Source: Candidatus Saccharimonadales bacterium
Lineage (GTDB): Bacteria > Patescibacteriota > Saccharimonadia > Saccharimonadales > DATKHC01
Assembly (NCBI GenBank): GCA_038317055.1
Contig: JBBQBA010000001.1
Coordinates: forward strand, 152,153 to 216,152
DNA length: 64,000 bases
Reading direction: 5' to 3'
Part shown: positions 61,047 through 64,000 of the stretch, in pieces
Numbering within the stretch: the first letter of the stretch is position 1
How the letters are laid out: each line of letters opens with the position of its first letter
Position numbers and translations under genes: made by a program
The notes under the pieces: model-generated
Databases searched by the model: none
What the model saw: only the letters and a program-made list of their open reading frames with translations
What the model was told of the DNA's origin: nothing

Positions 61047-61303
61047 TGATTAAATCACACGATAAATTCTTTAAGATTTATATCTACGTTTCATTGTTTA
61101 TAATAGTTGTCCTGCTGGCTTCGCATGTAGGGGCATTAGCTTATGGAAGCTCTAGAATAAAAGCTGAATCAACAACCATAACCGATAAAGTAAACTCATT
61201 TAATCAGAGTATGAATACGGTAAACAAGAATCTGGAAAATATAAATTCTCAGTTGGAAAAACAGAACACAACCACCAAAAGTATTAGTCTTACTGGTTTA
61301 TAA
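61046..61303 (+). CDS. small signal-anchored coiled-coil protein (85 aa, TTG start)
   Basis: AGGAGG lies 5 nt upstream of the TTG. One TM, then an N/Q/T-rich helical region. Confidence 0.5.
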   Translation: MIKSHDKFFKIYIYVSLFIIVVLLASHVGALAYGSSRIKAESTTITDKVNSFNQSMNTVNKNLENINSQLEKQNTTTKSISLTGL

Positions 61304-61309
61304 ATAAAA

Positions 61310-62140
61310 TTATTTAGCTTTAGCAAGTTTTGGTTTCGGTTTACTAGGGGTAGCTTTTACTTTTATAAGCACCCTAGTAGTTATTCCAATTACTAAAAGA
61401 ATAACTGCATATACTGCTATTATTTCACCTAACTCTTTAGTTAGGGCTTTGGCAAAACCATTTGCAGTATTTGTTAGATCGGTAGAGTCAGAGTTTAATT
61501 TTACATACTTATCTGCCACCGTAACACCGAAAATAAATACAAGAGATATTATTCCAAGCAAAAGTCCCTCGATAATTGCAAGGTCAGGTAATATCTTCCA
61601 TCTGTGTTCTTCCCAACTCAGGAATACTAGTAAAGCAATTAAGACTAGTGCAATCAAACTACTATACAACTTAACTTGCTCAAAATGCTGAACTTGTTGT
61701 TTGCCTTTTACGAATCCATTTAGGGTTATAGTGGTCTTAACGTCGTTTTTATCAGTATTAATAGGTAGTCCGTTTGCTTGAAGCTGAGTAATAACGTCAG
61801 CAATACTTATAGTAGGTACTGGGGCATTTCCTTTTTCATATGCCTGAATACTAGCAAGAGCACTACTAATTTTAGTTTGTAATAGGGTTGGAGTTAATAC
61901 TTTTTGTACTGCAGCTTGGGCTTGAGCGGGAGTAACGGAAGTATTATTACCTTGAGAAGCTATATTTTTTAATAATTGCTTTTGTAAGGATACCGCTAAC
62001 TGAGTATAAGTACCAGCTTTTGATGCTGTTTTATCTAGATACTTACTATTAAGTAAGGTCGCATCAAATACCTGTGCGAGAACTGCTATAGCGATTAAAC
62101 TTACTAATATTGCTGCTATAAATCTTGAGAGCCAGACCAT
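61310..62140 (-). CDS. membrane protein (276 aa, hypothetical)
   Basis: N-terminal TM, an extracytoplasmic region, and 3 C-terminal helices. Overlaps the upstream HTH gene by 25 nt. Confidence 0.5.
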   Translation of the reverse strand: MVWLSRFIAAILVSLIAIAVLAQVFDATLLNSKYLDKTASKAGTYTQLAVSLQKQLLKNIASQGNNTSVTPAQAQAAVQKVLTPTLLQTKISSALASIQAYEKGNAPVPTISIADVITQLQANGLPINTDKNDVKTTITLNGFVKGKQQVQHFEQVKLYSSLIALVLIALLVFLSWEEHRWKILPDLAIIEGLLLGIISLVFIFGVTVADKYVKLNSDSTDLTNTANGFAKALTKELGEIIAVYAVILLVIGITTRVLIKVKATPSKPKPKLAKAK

Positions 62141-62709
62141 TTATTATCCTTTTGTTTTTTATTTTTGTCATCAGTTTTACGATTAGTTTTTCGCTTGGGT
62201 ATATTCTTTTCTGATAAGATTTTCTGGAGTATAGAAATTACATTTTCTGCATGTTCTCGGCTCATACCAACTCTTGCAACAGTTAATGGTTGTGTGTTTG
62301 GTTGAGGACTATTTTGTTGGAAATTAACTACAATTCCAAAATCATTGACTGTTGCTTGCACCATGTCCGTATAAACTATTCTGGAATCAATAGGCAAAAT
62401 AAACATTGCGGATTGATTGTTTAGGGGTTCACTAGCGGGTGCAGGTGTTTCATTAGTTAGATTGTCATAACCCGACATACGCCAAAGCTTCATAGCTTCC
62501 TCGTTTTGGAGAGCAAAGTGACTAATCAAAAGCAGAAGTATGTCCTCGCTCGGAAGTTTAAGACCAGATTCAATGTCAACGAGTAATTCAGGTTCAATTT
62601 CTACGGCACCAGACACATCAGGTATACTTTCGTGTTCCTTCTCGCGTAGAGATCTTAACTGAAAGCCTAATGTTCTAAATGGAAATTGTTTGGATTTACC
62701 TTCGGCCAT
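62116..62709 (-). CDS. XRE-type helix-turn-helix domain protein
   Basis: 197 aa. GFQLRSLREK...SIPDVSGAVEIEPELLVDIESGLKLPSEDIL resembles the Cro/C1 HTH layout. Basic C-terminal tail. Confidence 0.55.
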   Translation of the reverse strand: MAEGKSKQFPFRTLGFQLRSLREKEHESIPDVSGAVEIEPELLVDIESGLKLPSEDILLLLISHFALQNEEAMKLWRMSGYDNLTNETPAPASEPLNNQSAMFILPIDSRIVYTDMVQATVNDFGIVVNFQQNSPQPNTQPLTVARVGMSREHAENVISILQKILSEKNIPKRKTNRKTDDKNKKQKDNKWSGSQDL

Positions 62710-62777
62710 TACTGGTTAATGTTACGCTGCTTCTCTTATACGCGCAAGTAATTTCGATAGTGTATATAATACTGATT

Positions 62778-63806
62778 ATGAATATATTTCAGAAAGTTTC
62801 GTTAAAAGATCATTCAACTATGCGTCTCGGTGGAATAGCAGACTACTTGACTGAGGTTAATACTAAAGATGAACTGGTAGAAGCGGTTAAGTGGGCTAAG
62901 TCTGAGAAACTTAACATGTTAATGATTGGTACAGGAAGTAATATAGTCTGGCGAGATGAAGGTTATAAAGGTCTAATATTGGTAAATAAGATACTAGGTT
63001 TCGAAGCCTCAAATGATAACTCAGACGACTTATATCTGACAGTTGGTGCTGGGGAAGAGTGGGATTTCGTGGTTAAAAGAACTGTTGATTTAGGTTTTAG
63101 TGGAATCGAGTCGCTATCTCTAATTCCAGGCAACACTGGTTCGACTCCAATTCAAAATGTAGGTGCTTACGGCTCTGAGATAGCTAGTTCTCTAGTAAGT
63201 GTAGAAGCTTATGACACTCAGACCGGTAAGTTTGCAATAATTCCTGCAGACGAGTGTAGCTTTAGCTACAGATCAAGTAGATTTAAAGAAAAAGATAAAA
63301 ATAGATTTTTTATTACTTCAATAACGCTTCACTTAACTCGAGATTGGCCTAAGCCACCATTTTACGGATCAGTACAAAAGTATTTTGACGATAATAATAT
63401 AGACAAATATACACCTAGAACAATCAGAGATGCGGTAGTTTCTATTCGTGAAGCTAAACTACCTGATCCTAAAATTGTTCCTAACAATGGATCTTTTTTT
63501 ACAAATCCAATTATAGATTCTCAAGAATTTAAAAGACTCATTAAAGAATATCCCGATATTAGTTACTGGGAAGTTAAAGATGGTAGCTTTAAATTGTCTG
63601 CTGCTTGGTTAATTGAAGAAGCTGGATTTAAGGCTGTAAATGATCCAGATACGGGAATATCTACATGGCCAACGCAGTGTTTAGTATTTGTAAATACTAG
63701 CGCGAAATCAACTCATGACTTATTAAAGTTTAGAGACAAAGTTATCTTAAGTGTGAAAAAAAAGTTTGGCATAAAGCTTGTACAAGAACCAGAATTACTT
63801 CCTTAA
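62778..63806 (+). CDS. murB: UDP-N-acetylenolpyruvoylglucosamine reductase
   Basis: Start moved to the ATG at 62778 (MNIFQKVSLKDHSTMRLGG). GTGSNIV, IPGNTGSTPIQNVGAYG and SYRSSRFK motifs. Confidence 0.9.
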   Translation: MNIFQKVSLKDHSTMRLGGIADYLTEVNTKDELVEAVKWAKSEKLNMLMIGTGSNIVWRDEGYKGLILVNKILGFEASNDNSDDLYLTVGAGEEWDFVVKRTVDLGFSGIESLSLIPGNTGSTPIQNVGAYGSEIASSLVSVEAYDTQTGKFAIIPADECSFSYRSSRFKEKDKNRFFITSITLHLTRDWPKPPFYGSVQKYFDDNNIDKYTPRTIRDAVVSIREAKLPDPKIVPNNGSFFTNPIIDSQEFKRLIKEYPDISYWEVKDGSFKLSAAWLIEEAGFKAVNDPDTGISTWPTQCLVFVNTSAKSTHDLLKFRDKVILSVKKKFGIKLVQEPELLP

Positions 63807-64000
63807 ACGTTATTGTCACTAGGTAATGGAAATTTAATCGAGAAGTTCTTTACTTCATCTTTTAGACTAGCAAGTTTTGTATTATTTTCTCTTTCTGTTA
63901 TTGCTTGGCTCATCCATCCTGCAATCTTGATCATATCTTCCTCTAATAAACCGCGAGTTGTGATTGCTGGGGTACCAAGTCTAATCCCACTTGGTTTAAA
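63803..64000 (-). CDS. glyA: serine hydroxymethyltransferase (C-terminal 65 aa; gene runs off window end)
   Basis: Own translation of the minus strand: FKPSGIRLGTPAITTRGLLEEDMIKIAGWMSQAI...*, the conserved SHMT C-terminus. Its stop overlaps the murB stop. Confidence 0.8.
   Translation of the reverse strand, partial: FKPSGIRLGTPAITTRGLLEEDMIKIAGWMSQAITERENNTKLASLKDEVKNFSIKFPLPSDNNV

Overview
The window is an AT-rich, gene-dense bacterial chromosome segment using the standard code; TGA is used as a stop. It has about 75 credible CDS, 3 tRNAs and a tmRNA. I saw no rRNA, CRISPR array, transposase or recombinase. The gene content suggests a reduced-genome, Gram-positive-like lineage such as CPR/Saccharibacteria: minimal glycolysis (tpiA, pgk), an Rpf/G5-like protein, an LPXTG-like anchor, VKOR plus DUF929, and Tat. 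That assignment is inference only. All product calls rest on motifs I recognised in the translations; no searches were run.

Layout:
- 1-13.9 kb: housekeeping genes (ssrA, MarR, rsmA, G5 protein, Nudix, pcrA, tpiA, pgk, a Zn/Mn-type ABC importer, ClC).
- 13.9-31.1 kb: an accessory region. It holds three paralogous collagen-repeat, phage-tail-fibre-like proteins and two paralogous alpha/beta-hydrolases. These sit as mirrored modules around tatA/tatC/tatA and a glycosyltransferase.
- 31.4-38.7 kb: tRNA-Glu, surface proteins with low-complexity repeats, a vWA-MoxR-DUF58 operon and folD.
- 38.9-48.3 kb: the standout feature (below).
- 48.3-64 kb: mixed small enzymes and regulators, an MMPL transporter, a split NOX-like reductase, Fur, VKOR/DUF929, tRNA-Arg, murB and glyA.

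The standout feature starts at tRNA-Lys(CUU). It is followed by 15 single-ORF units. Each unit is closed by a same-orientation ~45-bp hairpin-capable repeat whose conserved centre is the 3' end of that tRNA (GGCCCTCCA). This resembles an integron-like, tRNA-anchored cassette array with no recombinase in view. Similar but weaker elements follow tRNA-Arg, tRNA-Glu and possibly the tmRNA.
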